IMG/VR virus record: IMGVR_UViG_3300042544_001590
Coordinates: 124,001 to 188,000 of that record
Direction: 5' to 3' (one strand)
Length of the DNA: 64,000 nt
In this document: positions 9,292-18,935 of the stretch, in pieces
Numbering within the stretch: the first letter of the stretch is position 1
Layout: every line of letters starts with the position of its first letter
The notes under the pieces: model-generated
Databases searched by the model: none
The model's input: only the letters and a program-made list of their open reading frames with translations
Told to the model about the DNA's origin: nothing
Program-made: the position numbers and the translations under genes

Positions 9292-10303
9292 GAAACCTAA
9301 AATAGCACTATTTTCAGACCTTCATTTGGGTCTGTATGGAAATTCGACAGAGTGGCATGAAATCGCCTTGAAATGGGCTGATTGGATTGTGTCTGATCTG
9401 AAGAAAAAGAAGATTACGGATATATTTTTCCTTGGTGATTTCTTCCACAATCGTTCGGAGATTTCAGTCCAGACAATACATGTTGCATCAGAATTGATTG
9501 CCAAGTTCAAGGATTTCAACCTCTTGATGGTGATAGGAAACCACGATGCGTTCTACAAGAACCGTTCCGATGTCCATAGCTTGGGATTCCTCAAGGGACA
9601 TGATAACATCACCATCATTGATCAGAACTTGGAATTTGATGCATTTAATAAGAAATTGCTATTTGTCCCATGGAATCACGAATTACCCGAAGGTAAATTT
9701 GACTACATCTTTGGTCATTTTGAAATTCAAACATTCCAAATGAACAATTATAAGGTATGTGATCACGGATTCCAAGTCATGGATTTTCTAGCATCCCGAA
9801 CGACTAATGTTTGGAGCGGTCACTTCCACACCAAGAGCATCAAGAAATACAATGAAGGAACGATTCGATATATTGGCAACACATTCCACCACGATTTCAA
9901 CGATTGTGGAGATGACAAGGGTTATCACATTCTGAATCTGGAAGATGATTCCGTCGAATTTGTGAAAAATACGGTGTCTCCTGAATTTATTAAGATTCCC
10001 CTGTCCAAGATCAAGGACTACAAAGCGGAGGATGTGGAAGGAAACATAATCAAGCTAATCATTGACAAAGATGTGGAAGATGATAAGGTGGAGAAGTTCA
10101 AGATTTACCTGTCCAACTTTGCTCCTTTCCGTCTTACCACGGAATACAACGTGGCAACAAAGACAATTGGGGATGTTGAACAGGTGGATTCCATTGATAT
10201 TGTTGGTATGTTTGACGAATTTTATGAACAACTCAAGCTGGACGACGAACAATTAGTAAGAGTGAAGAAAATTAACGATGAATTGTATGACAAATGTAAG
10301 TAA
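9284..10303 (+). CDS. gp47: recombination endonuclease subunit gp47 (Mre11/SbcD-like)
   Basis: Metallophosphoesterase motifs SDLHLG, GDFFH, GNHD, GHFH. Confidence 0.92.
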   Translation: MIKKPKIALFSDLHLGLYGNSTEWHEIALKWADWIVSDLKKKKITDIFFLGDFFHNRSEISVQTIHVASELIAKFKDFNLLMVIGNHDAFYKNRSDVHSLGFLKGHDNITIIDQNLEFDAFNKKLLFVPWNHELPEGKFDYIFGHFEIQTFQMNNYKVCDHGFQVMDFLASRTTNVWSGHFHTKSIKKYNEGTIRYIGNTFHHDFNDCGDDKGYHILNLEDDSVEFVKNTVSPEFIKIPLSKIKDYKAEDVEGNIIKLIIDKDVEDDKVEKFKIYLSNFAPFRLTTEYNVATKTIGDVEQVDSIDIVGMFDEFYEQLKLDDEQLVRVKKINDELYDKCK

Positions 10304-10541
10304 TCCCCTGTTAAGAGCTTTCAAACATACAATAAAAATATCGGAACGCGAAAGAGATGTTCCCATGGAGGAATATATACACAAATATATATTAATGCAT
10401 GGAAGTTGTCTCATAATGGATAGAATCTTGAAAAGAGTTGGCGATAAGGATTCATTAACATTTGATGTTACATATATTTTCAATGATAATCCAACAGATG
10501 ATAAAATTGTCGAAGCTTTGATAAAAATAAACGCATTATAA
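10287..10541 (+). CDS. small accessory protein
   Basis: Starts at the ATG inside junction copy 1. Confidence 0.55.
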   Translation: MTNVSNPLLRAFKHTIKISERERDVPMEEYIHKYILMHGSCLIMDRILKRVGDKDSLTFDVTYIFNDNPTDDKIVEALIKINAL

Positions 10542-10554
10542 TGAAACGAATTGT

Positions 10555-10791
10555 ATGAAAAGTGTAAGTGATTTTGATTTGAAAAAGGTTTTTGTCGAAG
10601 AGGTCACTGAGCGTATTGGTCAACATGTTTTGGCAAGTAAGGTCAGAGATGCTACGATAGAAGATATTGAAAAAGAATTGGAAAATCATAAAAATGGTAA
10701 ATGTGGACATTCTATTGTTGAAGACACATATGGGTGGTTGTATGATTTTAGGGGGTGTGCTATTTGTGGAAAGGGACTTGGAACTGTATGA
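10555..10791 (+). CDS. small Cys/His (Zn-binding-like) accessory protein
   Basis: CGH...CAICGKG; starts at the ATG inside junction copy 2. Confidence 0.6.
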   Translation: MKSVSDFDLKKVFVEEVTERIGQHVLASKVRDATIEDIEKELENHKNGKCGHSIVEDTYGWLYDFRGCAICGKGLGTV

Positions 10792-11708
10792 AAAAAATAA
10801 TTTATAAAAAATTAAAAGGTCAAAATTTCCTTAGCATTGGCAACGATCAGATTGTGATTGATTTTCAATCTGGTTTCAATCTGATCACTGCTAAGAATAT
10901 CGACAACCCTGATCGCCAAAACGGGGGAGGCAAGTCAACATTGGCGGAACTTTTCTATTTCGCCCAATTTGGTAAAACCATCCGTGAAATTAAAAAGGAT
11001 TTCATCATCAACAATATCACCAAAGGAAAAGGTGCTATTGAATTGACGTTTGACGTAGAGACTGATAATGACACTCAGACATACACAATCAAGCGACAAC
11101 TCAAACCAAGCTCTGTAACTCTCTTAAAAGGAGATGAAGATATCACTAAGGATTCAATTGCCAATACTGATAAATTCATCTGTGATCTGATCGGTTCCAA
11201 TCCTGTGATCTGCCGTAGTTGTGATATTCTATCTCTTTCCGATAACATCCCGTTCATGGCGAAGAAACCAGAGGAGAAGCGCAAGTTTATCAATGATATT
11301 TTCTCTTTGGAAGTCTTTGGTAAGATGAGTAATGAATTGAAGAATCTGATTCGTGATAATAAAGGGGAGATGAACATTTCCACTGCAAGATTGGAAGAAC
11401 TTAACCACACTCTGGAAACGCTGAATGATCAGCAAGCGGATTATCTGAAGAAAGTCCAAGAACGGGAAGCAATCCTCGAACAAAAGCGTAAGGAGATCCA
11501 AGAGAAGATCGACGAAACGGAGGAAAAGATTGCTAAAATATCCATAACGGATGTCTCAACAATACAATTGGAGCAAGAGAAGTATCATGAAGCTTGGAGA
11601 AAATTGGATGGGAAGATCGGTCATGTGAACGATGCGATTTCATCCAAGGAGACTTTGAGAAAGTTGAAGGTGAAAGAAATTGAACAAATTGAGAAAGTAA
11701 CAAAATGA
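10788..11708 (+). CDS. gp46: gp46 (Rad50/SbcC-like) N-terminal half
   Basis: GQNFLSIG, Walker A QNGGGKS, Q-loop region then coiled coil; ends EKVTK-stop. Confidence 0.9.
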   Translation: MKKIIYKKLKGQNFLSIGNDQIVIDFQSGFNLITAKNIDNPDRQNGGGKSTLAELFYFAQFGKTIREIKKDFIINNITKGKGAIELTFDVETDNDTQTYTIKRQLKPSSVTLLKGDEDITKDSIANTDKFICDLIGSNPVICRSCDILSLSDNIPFMAKKPEEKRKFINDIFSLEVFGKMSNELKNLIRDNKGEMNISTARLEELNHTLETLNDQQADYLKKVQEREAILEQKRKEIQEKIDETEEKIAKISITDVSTIQLEQEKYHEAWRKLDGKIGHVNDAISSKETLRKLKVKEIEQIEKVTK

Positions 11709-12031
11709 ACACGGAATGTGAAAATTTATCTGGAAGTATAGATATTGGAGAATACCAGAAAATGTTGGCAAGTGTCCCCAAAGCAGCTAAAGAATGTGGG
11801 ATGATTCAACATGAGGATGGATTGTATAAAATGTGGGTTGATTGTAAAGTGATTGATAAATTCACCAAAAACAAATTGTTTGGGGGTAGAAAATATTATT
11901 TTGTTCTCAATATCATGGGAATAACCAAAGAAATTCAAGTGGATGAAAATAATTACTACAATCAATCAGAGATGAATAGAATACATATGTATTCTGAAGA
12001 CCGTAAAACATGGTTCCCAACCAGACAATAA
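11705..12031 (+). CDS. inserted ORF splitting gp46; paralogue of 18603..18935
   Basis: 61 of 72 C-terminal residues identical to the 18603 protein; many DNA differences are synonymous. Confidence 0.8.
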   Translation: MNTECENLSGSIDIGEYQKMLASVPKAAKECGMIQHEDGLYKMWVDCKVIDKFTKNKLFGGRKYYFVLNIMGITKEIQVDENNYYNQSEMNRIHMYSEDRKTWFPTRQ

Positions 12032-12033
12032 AA

Positions 12034-12906
12034 ATGATTAAATGCGACAAATGCCTCCAAGATATTCCCCATACTCATGTGGAACATCTGGAGAAGATGA
12101 AAGAACAATATCAATCGGAATTGGATGATATTGTCAAGGAAATTGATGAATTGAAAGAACAAAAATCTCAATTCCATTCGAAAAAAGAAAAGGTTCAAGC
12201 TAAGGTAGCTGAGTTTCAGGATCAAATCAATGAATCGAAAGTCACCAAACAAAAATTGGAAGGTCTGGAAAACAGTCTCAAGCAATACAAAGATTCTTTG
12301 AACAACTTGAAGCTGGAAGAATTACCTAAACCAAATTTTGAGGAAAGTATTCAAAATACTTGGGTGAGACAAAATACTGAGAATGATAATTTCCGAATGC
12401 TTAAACAGAAATCAGATGATTATGAAATCTGTAAGTTCGTTCTTGGTGAAGAAGGTGTTCGTAGCTTTGTGGTGAAGAGACTTCTTTCCATGATGAACGC
12501 AAGCATTCAGCAATACATCAACGATCTTGGTATGTCCATCCGTTGTAAATTTGACGAATACTTTGATGAGCAGCTTTCCAATGACAAAGGTAAGGAGATT
12601 TCCTACTGGAACTTGAGCGGTGGTGAACGTAGAACAGTTGACCTCGCGTGTGCGTGGGCGTTCAAGGACTTGAAAAGGAAGATTTCGGGAGTGTCATCCA
12701 ATGTGGAATTTTTTGATGAATACCTCGATTCCACCCTAGATTCCACAGGAATTGATAAGTTGATCGAACAAATCAAACAACGAATTGATAGATTTGATCT
12801 TTCTGTTTATGTGATTTCCCATAGAACAGAAACCGCCAAACATGTTACAGGATCAGTAATTGAACTCGCTAAAGAAGGTGGAGTTACTAGGAGAATTTAT
12901 AATTGA
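12034..12906 (+). CDS. gp46: gp46 (Rad50/SbcC-like) C-terminal half
   Basis: Begins MIK-CDKC (zinc hook), coiled coil, LSGGE signature, FFDE Walker B, VISH H-loop. Confidence 0.9.
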   Translation: MIKCDKCLQDIPHTHVEHLEKMKEQYQSELDDIVKEIDELKEQKSQFHSKKEKVQAKVAEFQDQINESKVTKQKLEGLENSLKQYKDSLNNLKLEELPKPNFEESIQNTWVRQNTENDNFRMLKQKSDDYEICKFVLGEEGVRSFVVKRLLSMMNASIQQYINDLGMSIRCKFDEYFDEQLSNDKGKEISYWNLSGGERRTVDLACAWAFKDLKRKISGVSSNVEFFDEYLDSTLDSTGIDKLIEQIKQRIDRFDLSVYVISHRTETAKHVTGSVIELAKEGGVTRRIYN

Positions 12907-12930
12907 CAAATGGAAAAACATGAATAAATC
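12903..12930 (+). promoter_or_regulatory. TTGACA-N16-TAAATC promoter, 5 nt before ATG
   Basis: Direct motif match. Confidence 0.55.
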
Positions 12931-12935
12931 TCTTC

Positions 12936-14129
12936 ATGTTTCAAAAGTCTCCGTTTCCATCTCCTTTTGCTAAGAATCCCTATGCTGTAAAAAACACCAC
13001 CCAAGAACCCCCTAAAAAGGGCAACACTTATTTAAACTTCGGAGCCGATAGAGGGGGTTGTGGACAATGGCGCATAGGTTGGCCTGAATTACATATCAAT
13101 ATGTGTGGATTGGGGGATTCTTCCACCATTACCAAGATGGTTCTCAACAAGGATTGGTATCGGGATGTGAAAACCATCAAGCTCCAACGCCAATGTTCGA
13201 CTCAACAGAAAGAATTCTTTAAATTTCTCAAGAGTATCCAACCAGAATGCGGTTTCAAAATCATCTATGAAGTGGATGATGTGGTATTCCACGAAGAGAT
13301 TCCCGATTACAATTCCTACAAACACGCATTTGCTTCCGATGAGATTCGCCAGAACTGCGTGGACATGATGAACATGGCAGATGAGGTGACGGTGACATGT
13401 AAATACATGCGCGATCTTTTCATTGAGAAAACAGGACAACAAAAGACTTCCGTGATTCCCAACTTCCCTCCCGAATGGTGGATTGGTTCTCATTACAATT
13501 ATGGGAAGGTTATCCAGAACTTTGATAGGAACAAGAAAAAGCCGCGCATCCTCTATTCAGGATCGGGAGCGCACTTTGATGTGAAGAATGTCACGGGACA
13601 GCAAGATGATTTTTCCCATGTCCTGAAATTCATCATCGATAACCGTCATAAATATCAGTTCATTTTCATTGGTGCTTACCCACCTCCCCTGCATCCATAT
13701 ATCGAAAGTAAGGAAATAGAATTTCATCCATGGCAATCCCTGATGGATTATCCGAAGTTCATTGCTTCTTTGAATCCCCAATTGCTTCTTGCACCCCTGA
13801 AGGATATTCCGTTCAACAGGTCAAAGTCTGATATCAAATATATTGAGGGAGCTTGTTTGGGTATCCCCTGTATGGTTCAGGATATGGTGACGTATCAGGA
13901 TGCTCCCGATTTCCTAAAATTCACGGATTCCACCGATTTGGAACAGAAAGTGGAGACAATTCTGAATTGGAAGAACCGTTTCAAGTATTACAAGCTGGTT
14001 CCCGAGTTGAGAAAGCTTGGGGAAAGCAGATTCCTTGAAAGACCGGAGAATATCGGAGCGTTTATGGAAGCCCTGAATACACCATTCGGTGATCCTTCTC
14101 GCAGATTCATGAAATATTGGAATGATTAA
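12936..14129 (+). CDS. glycosyltransferase (GT-B-like, phage type)
   Basis: IIYEVDD, ADEVTVT, LAPLKDIPFNRSKSDIKYIEG patterns. Confidence 0.75.
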   Translation: MFQKSPFPSPFAKNPYAVKNTTQEPPKKGNTYLNFGADRGGCGQWRIGWPELHINMCGLGDSSTITKMVLNKDWYRDVKTIKLQRQCSTQQKEFFKFLKSIQPECGFKIIYEVDDVVFHEEIPDYNSYKHAFASDEIRQNCVDMMNMADEVTVTCKYMRDLFIEKTGQQKTSVIPNFPPEWWIGSHYNYGKVIQNFDRNKKKPRILYSGSGAHFDVKNVTGQQDDFSHVLKFIIDNRHKYQFIFIGAYPPPLHPYIESKEIEFHPWQSLMDYPKFIASLNPQLLLAPLKDIPFNRSKSDIKYIEGACLGIPCMVQDMVTYQDAPDFLKFTDSTDLEQKVETILNWKNRFKYYKLVPELRKLGESRFLERPENIGAFMEALNTPFGDPSRRFMKYWND

Positions 14130-14407
14130 TTCTTACCAAATTGGGAATATTGAGCGAGCGTTGGGCGGAGCCTTTCAAACATACCTTTTAAGTTTTCAAA
14201 GCTATTCATATTCGAAGGATTATTGAAAAAGGCTTTTTTATTGTTTTGGTAAAAATTGATAGTTCCTTTTAGATAATTTTCAATATACGAACAAAGTTCA
14301 TGCGCCTTTGCCTTGACTTTTTCTGTCTGTGGGTCATAATCATCGTAGGATGATTCCATATCAAGATTTTCGTAAATCATACTCAAGTCTTTGAAATAAT
14401 TATCCAT
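14126..14407 (-). CDS. hypothetical late protein
   Basis: TAAATA-N5-ATG; N-terminus YFKDLSMIYEN. Confidence 0.65.
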   Translation of the reverse strand: MDNYFKDLSMIYENLDMESSYDDYDPQTEKVKAKAHELCSYIENYLKGTINFYQNNKKAFFNNPSNMNSFENLKGMFERLRPTLAQYSQFGKN

Positions 14408-14442
14408 AACAATATTTAGTGAATGATGTGGTGAATTATAAT

Positions 14443-15843
14443 TTATCTACTTATTTCTTCCCAGTCTATTGAGCCATGAACAAATTCTGTGTTTGTGCTT
14501 GCTGTTACAGCTAATGTTAATTCATAAGGTGTGCTTGTAAAGCTATTTCTCTCAAGTTGAAACTTGAACAGAGCTTCTTTAAGAATGTCTATCGATGTTG
14601 CTCCCTGAGCATTGGAAGTAAAATATCCTGATGCTAATACTCTACCTCCCGATAGACTGGTTCCATCTAGTTTATATTCCACGGAGGAATTAACTCCTGC
14701 ATCAGTCCATGTACCGCCAGAAGTCGTTCCAGATGCAACCACTTGCCACTTGTAGATACCCGTATTGACCCCCATTAGCGACAACGCAGTTAGAATTACA
14801 ATACCATCTAATCTTGTTGATTTTAACCGTATGGAAACGATAGGATAAAAGGTTCCTGCTGTTGTAAGAGCTTTGGGAGCAGTTATTGTCGTACCTGCTG
14901 CTTGTTGCAATCCTCTTAACTCATAACCACCCTCCGAAATAACTGTACTACAAACTTGTTTTAATTTACTTGAACCTGAAGTTGCAGCTTTATTTTCAAT
15001 TTCATATCTAAGCGGCAGTGACCCCGTTGTAATGTATGTCGTGTCAATCAAGTTAGCGTGATGGAAGTAATGACAAGGTACAAACTGACCATTGATAACA
15101 AATCCTGTTCTCACAGAGCCTAATCCGAGCCATTCGATGTCAATCCATAGAATTTGAGCCTTTGTAATATCAAGTGTGATACCAGATGAACCCGACCCAT
15201 CCAAGCGATCTACATTCCATTGCGATTGTGGGACACGAGTTTCAGTGAGCGAGCCTGATGTAATGCTACGTTCAACCACGTAAAGGGTATTGTCATCCAA
15301 TTCCAAGTAGATACCATTATCAGTGCCAAAATACCCAACACGTTGTCTAAGATTTGTTTTAGCTTGGTTAAAAGTAAATGTGCTTAAAATTTGTAAACTT
15401 TTACCGGGTTGATAAGCAAACACTTTTGTGGTTTCACGATATATTTTAGAACCGCTTAGAGCATCAACTTTCAATTCAACAATACCTTGCGTTTGGATAA
15501 ATTGTGCAGAAGCGGAGGTTGTTGTAGTTCCTCCTGATAATGTTGACCAGAGATTATTATCTGCATACCTATGAGACGAATCGAAAAGAGTCAAAGGACT
15601 TGATGTTCTCGTTCTTCCAAATGCATCACTCGCCATGTTGTAATTACCGCTAAAGTTGGTCGAAGTGTCATCGATATTTTTCACCAAAACCGCATATTTC
15701 GGATATTCGACTATTTGAGTAGAGCCAAAAGATGGATCGGACACTGCCGATGTTGCTGGGAATCTGGCATCATTTACGATCTCAACAAATTTTCCGCTTT
15801 CGGTATTTGCGGCATTTGTCCACACTTTAGTATTAATTGCCAT
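14443..15843 (-). CDS. probable virion structural protein (beta-rich)
   Basis: DAFGRTRTSSPLTLFDSSHRYADN pattern of a family recurrent in large myoviruses; Ser/Thr/Gly-rich; TAAATA-N5-ATG. Confidence 0.65.
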   Translation of the reverse strand: MAINTKVWTNAANTESGKFVEIVNDARFPATSAVSDPSFGSTQIVEYPKYAVLVKNIDDTSTNFSGNYNMASDAFGRTRTSSPLTLFDSSHRYADNNLWSTLSGGTTTTSASAQFIQTQGIVELKVDALSGSKIYRETTKVFAYQPGKSLQILSTFTFNQAKTNLRQRVGYFGTDNGIYLELDDNTLYVVERSITSGSLTETRVPQSQWNVDRLDGSGSSGITLDITKAQILWIDIEWLGLGSVRTGFVINGQFVPCHYFHHANLIDTTYITTGSLPLRYEIENKAATSGSSKLKQVCSTVISEGGYELRGLQQAAGTTITAPKALTTAGTFYPIVSIRLKSTRLDGIVILTALSLMGVNTGIYKWQVVASGTTSGGTWTDAGVNSSVEYKLDGTSLSGGRVLASGYFTSNAQGATSIDILKEALFKFQLERNSFTSTPYELTLAVTASTNTEFVHGSIDWEEISR

Positions 15844-15879
15844 ATTTTTATTTAATCATTCGATGAAGTTAATATTGTA

Positions 15880-15907
15880 TTGACTTTGGCATTTTATGGT
15901 TTATCAT
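15880..15907 (+). promoter_or_regulatory. TTGACT-N16-TATCAT promoter, 6 nt before polymerase ATG
   Basis: Direct motif match. Confidence 0.6.
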
Positions 15908-15913
15908 TTTTTT

Positions 15914-18418
15914 ATGTATAGAAATTGTGTGTATGATCAAAAAAATCGTAAAATTTTTATTTGGACTTGGGACGAAAACGGGGAGCGAATCCGCGAAGAA
16001 CATGATTTCAAGCCATACATCCTTTTGGAAGATAAAAAGGGAACGGAGAAGTCCATTTATGGCACGGCTCTCAAAAAACGCGAATTTCAATCCAGCTATG
16101 ACAGGAATAATTTCGTCAAGGATAGTAATATCAAGCGAATTTACGAGAACCTACCACCATATCAACAATTCCTAATTGACAATTATTGGTCGGTTTGTGA
16201 GAATGATAATTTCTCCCAATATCCCCTGAAGGTGGCTTTTTTTGATATTGAATGTCCCGGAATATCCTTTCCAGAACCAGAATTGGCGGAATCAGTGATT
16301 AACCTGATCACGATCTATAATTCTGAGTCCAAGATGTATCATGTATTTGGTTTGAAAGATTTCCACACCATGAGAGATGATGTGAAGTATTATCGGTGTA
16401 AATCCGAAGAGGACTTGTTGAAATCGTTTATCAAATACCTTCAAAAGGAAGGTTTTGATGTTCTCAGTGGATGGAACATAGCAGCATTTGATGTTCCTTA
16501 TCTTGTAAATCGAATCACTTTCCAATTGGGAAAGGAATGGGCTGATAAGCTGTCCCCAACGGGTAGGATTTACGAAAAGACCAATCCAAATGGTAAATTT
16601 GGGATGCCTTCCAAGGAGTATGTGATTGAAGGGCTATCAATTTTGGATTATTATGTGATTTATCAGAAGTTCAATTTGGAGAAACAGGAATCGTATAAAT
16701 TGGATAATATTGGGGAAGTTGAATTGGGAATCAATAAGATTCAACACGAAGGCAATCTATGGGAACTCATGAAAAATGATTGGAACACTTACACGGATTA
16801 CAATATACGTGATGTGGAAATCGTTGTGGGGTTAGATCAGAAAAAGGGGTATATTAATCTAATCCGATTCCTTGCATATACTGGATTATGTGATCTGGAA
16901 AGCGCGATTAGAACACTCCCGGCAATGAACGGGGCAATTGCCATACGCGCCCGTATGCGGGGGGAATACATTCCTACGTTCATTCGTCCCGTGACGGACT
17001 ACCGCGCCCCCGGTGGGTATGTGGCAGAGCCAAAAATAGGTTTTGCGGAGAATATCGTATCCTTTGATGCCAACTCTCTGTATCCATCGGTTATGATTTC
17101 CCTGAATCTCTCCCCCGAAACGAAAATCGGAAGGGTTGAGAAGGATGGAGATAAAGTGAAAATCCATCATGTATCAGGTAGATTGTTTGAGATGACTCCT
17201 GAGAACTTCAAGAAATTTATTGATGAGGAGCAAGCGGCATTAACTAAAGCAGGATTTCTCTTCTCTCAGAAGAAACGTGGTCTGGTTCCCGAATTCCTTG
17301 ACAATCTTTACACCAAACGGAAGGAAATGAAGAGTAAGATGATGGAATGCCGCAAGAAGGGGGATAAAGAAGGGGAGCAGAAATTCGACAGCATCCAATA
17401 TGCTTACAAAATCCATCTCAATTCCCTCTATGGATATATGCTCAACAAATACGCTCCCCTTGGAGATGAGGATATTGGAACATCGGTGACACTGACGGGA
17501 CAAGCGGTAATCAAGAAGAGTAATGATCTGTTTCAGGATTATGTGAGGGAAAATCTACCGGATTTGTCAGAGTCCTTATTGCAACAAAGTTGTGTTTACG
17601 GTGATACGGATAGCTTTTTCGTTTCCTTGAAAATGTTTGGCATGGATGCTAAATCTGATGAATTTTATGAATTATGTGAAGATATTGAAAATTATATCAA
17701 TGAACGAATCATTGAATGGGCTAGAAAAGCTCTGAGAAGCACTGATCCTCGCTTCGTATTCAAGCGGGAAACCATCTGTGACGCGGGAATCTTCATTGGT
17801 AAGAAATATTATGTCCTTCATGTTCTGGACGATGAGGGAACCAAGGTGGATAAGTTCAAGTATCGGGGGGTTGATGTCGTAAAAACCACAATGCCCAAGA
17901 AGGTGAAGCCTTATGTCAAGAAAGTCATTGAACATATGATCATGTCCCAATCTTTGAAGGAAACCAATGACATGTTCAACGAGGCTTACGAGGAATTCAA
18001 GAATCTGTCCATTGCGGAGATTTCCAAGATTTCGGGTATGAACAACTTTGCGGAATATTCGGCTAGGTGTAATGGTATGAACACCGTGAAAGGTATGCCA
18101 TCCCATCTCAAAGCTGCTTATTTTCATGACATGATCATGGAACAGAACGGATGGGGTTCCAAATACGAGAAATTCAAGACGGGGGATAAGGTTCGCATGG
18201 TTTATGTTAAGAAACCCAACAAATACAATTTGGAAATGATCGGATTCAAGGGTGGTTGGCCGGAAGAATTTGATAACATTTTCACTGTTGACTTTGAAAA
18301 GATGTTTAGTAAAGTCTTCTATGCAGCGATTGAGAGATTTTACGAAGCGGTCGGTTGGAAACTCAGAAAACCTAGCGAAAATCTCACCGTAGAATTGGAC
18401 GACTTGTTTGGCGAATGA
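15914..18418 (+). CDS. gp43: family B DNA polymerase (T4 gp43-like)
   Basis: Exo I FFDIE, FDANSLYPS, KIHLNSLYG, YGDTDS motifs; uninterrupted. Confidence 0.96.
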   Translation: MYRNCVYDQKNRKIFIWTWDENGERIREEHDFKPYILLEDKKGTEKSIYGTALKKREFQSSYDRNNFVKDSNIKRIYENLPPYQQFLIDNYWSVCENDNFSQYPLKVAFFDIECPGISFPEPELAESVINLITIYNSESKMYHVFGLKDFHTMRDDVKYYRCKSEEDLLKSFIKYLQKEGFDVLSGWNIAAFDVPYLVNRITFQLGKEWADKLSPTGRIYEKTNPNGKFGMPSKEYVIEGLSILDYYVIYQKFNLEKQESYKLDNIGEVELGINKIQHEGNLWELMKNDWNTYTDYNIRDVEIVVGLDQKKGYINLIRFLAYTGLCDLESAIRTLPAMNGAIAIRARMRGEYIPTFIRPVTDYRAPGGYVAEPKIGFAENIVSFDANSLYPSVMISLNLSPETKIGRVEKDGDKVKIHHVSGRLFEMTPENFKKFIDEEQAALTKAGFLFSQKKRGLVPEFLDNLYTKRKEMKSKMMECRKKGDKEGEQKFDSIQYAYKIHLNSLYGYMLNKYAPLGDEDIGTSVTLTGQAVIKKSNDLFQDYVRENLPDLSESLLQQSCVYGDTDSFFVSLKMFGMDAKSDEFYELCEDIENYINERIIEWARKALRSTDPRFVFKRETICDAGIFIGKKYYVLHVLDDEGTKVDKFKYRGVDVVKTTMPKKVKPYVKKVIEHMIMSQSLKETNDMFNEAYEEFKNLSIAEISKISGMNNFAEYSARCNGMNTVKGMPSHLKAAYFHDMIMEQNGWGSKYEKFKTGDKVRMVYVKKPNKYNLEMIGFKGGWPEEFDNIFTVDFEKMFSKVFYAAIERFYEAVGWKLRKPSENLTVELDDLFGE

Positions 18419-18606
18419 TAACACAATTAAATCCCACGATACCAGTAGTCACCCCAAAAGGGAAGGGTTACGCACATCTGGTCATAGATTATTCCCAAGA
18501 ACATGATTTATATTGGGTTTGTTTTATAAATGATACGAAAGAATGCTGGACATTTGGGAATTCTGAGATAAGAATAGATGACAACATAACATTACAGAGA
18601 AAATGA
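18415..18606 (+). CDS. small conserved phage protein
   Basis: QLNP.IP..TPKG.G.AH..IDY..EH.L.WVCF pattern recurrent in phages. Confidence 0.7.
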   Translation: MITQLNPTIPVVTPKGKGYAHLVIDYSQEHDLYWVCFINDTKECWTFGNSEIRIDDNITLQRK

Positions 18607-18935
18607 AAATTGAAACGAATTATCAGTGCATTTCTGGAGTATGTGATGCAAGTCATTTTGATCACTATTCCAAAGACTCAATCCAATTGGCACAAGAACG
18701 AGGACATTGGCCATACGAAGATGGTCTATATAAAATGTGGGTTGATTGTAAAGTGATTGATAAATTCACTAAGAACAAATTGTTCGGGGGTAGAAAATAT
18801 TATTTCGTTTTGAATCTTATGGGAACGACGAAAGAACTTCAAGTCAATCAAAGCAATTACTATAATCAATCTGAGGTGAATGAGATACATGTGTATTCCG
18901 AAGACGGTAAAACATGGTTCCCAACCAGAATATAA
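18603..18935 (+). CDS. hypothetical protein, paralogue of the gp46 insert
   Basis: Shared 72-aa C-terminal core with 11705..12031. Confidence 0.8.
   Translation: MKIETNYQCISGVCDASHFDHYSKDSIQLAQERGHWPYEDGLYKMWVDCKVIDKFTKNKLFGGRKYYFVLNLMGTTKELQVNQSNYYNQSEVNEIHVYSEDGKTWFPTRI

Larger units (their letters stand above)
10280..10800 (+). repeat. three imperfect copies of the gp47/gp46 junction GAA(T/C)TGTATGA..
   Basis: 10280-10303 vs 10548-10571 match 21/24; 10781-10794 matches copy 2 at 13/14. Confidence 0.75.

Noticed and set aside
11706-12042. Group I intron or intein as the gp46 insert
   Set aside because: An in-frame join does not fit the U|...G| splice-site rule, the interval is almost fully occupied by a conserved ORF with little room for a ribozyme core, and there are no intein C/S...HN motifs; cannot be fully excluded without RT-PCR
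17672-18424. 250-aa minus-strand ORF, and other long antisense ORFs (20436, 26258, 31151)
   Set aside because: Shadows of polymerase, uvsX, helicase and gp32 with no recognisable motifs or promoters
11813-18935. Diversity-generating retroelement (template/variable repeat) for the 219-nt repeat pair
   Set aside because: Differences are not confined to adenines and many are synonymous third-position changes; no reverse transcriptase in the window
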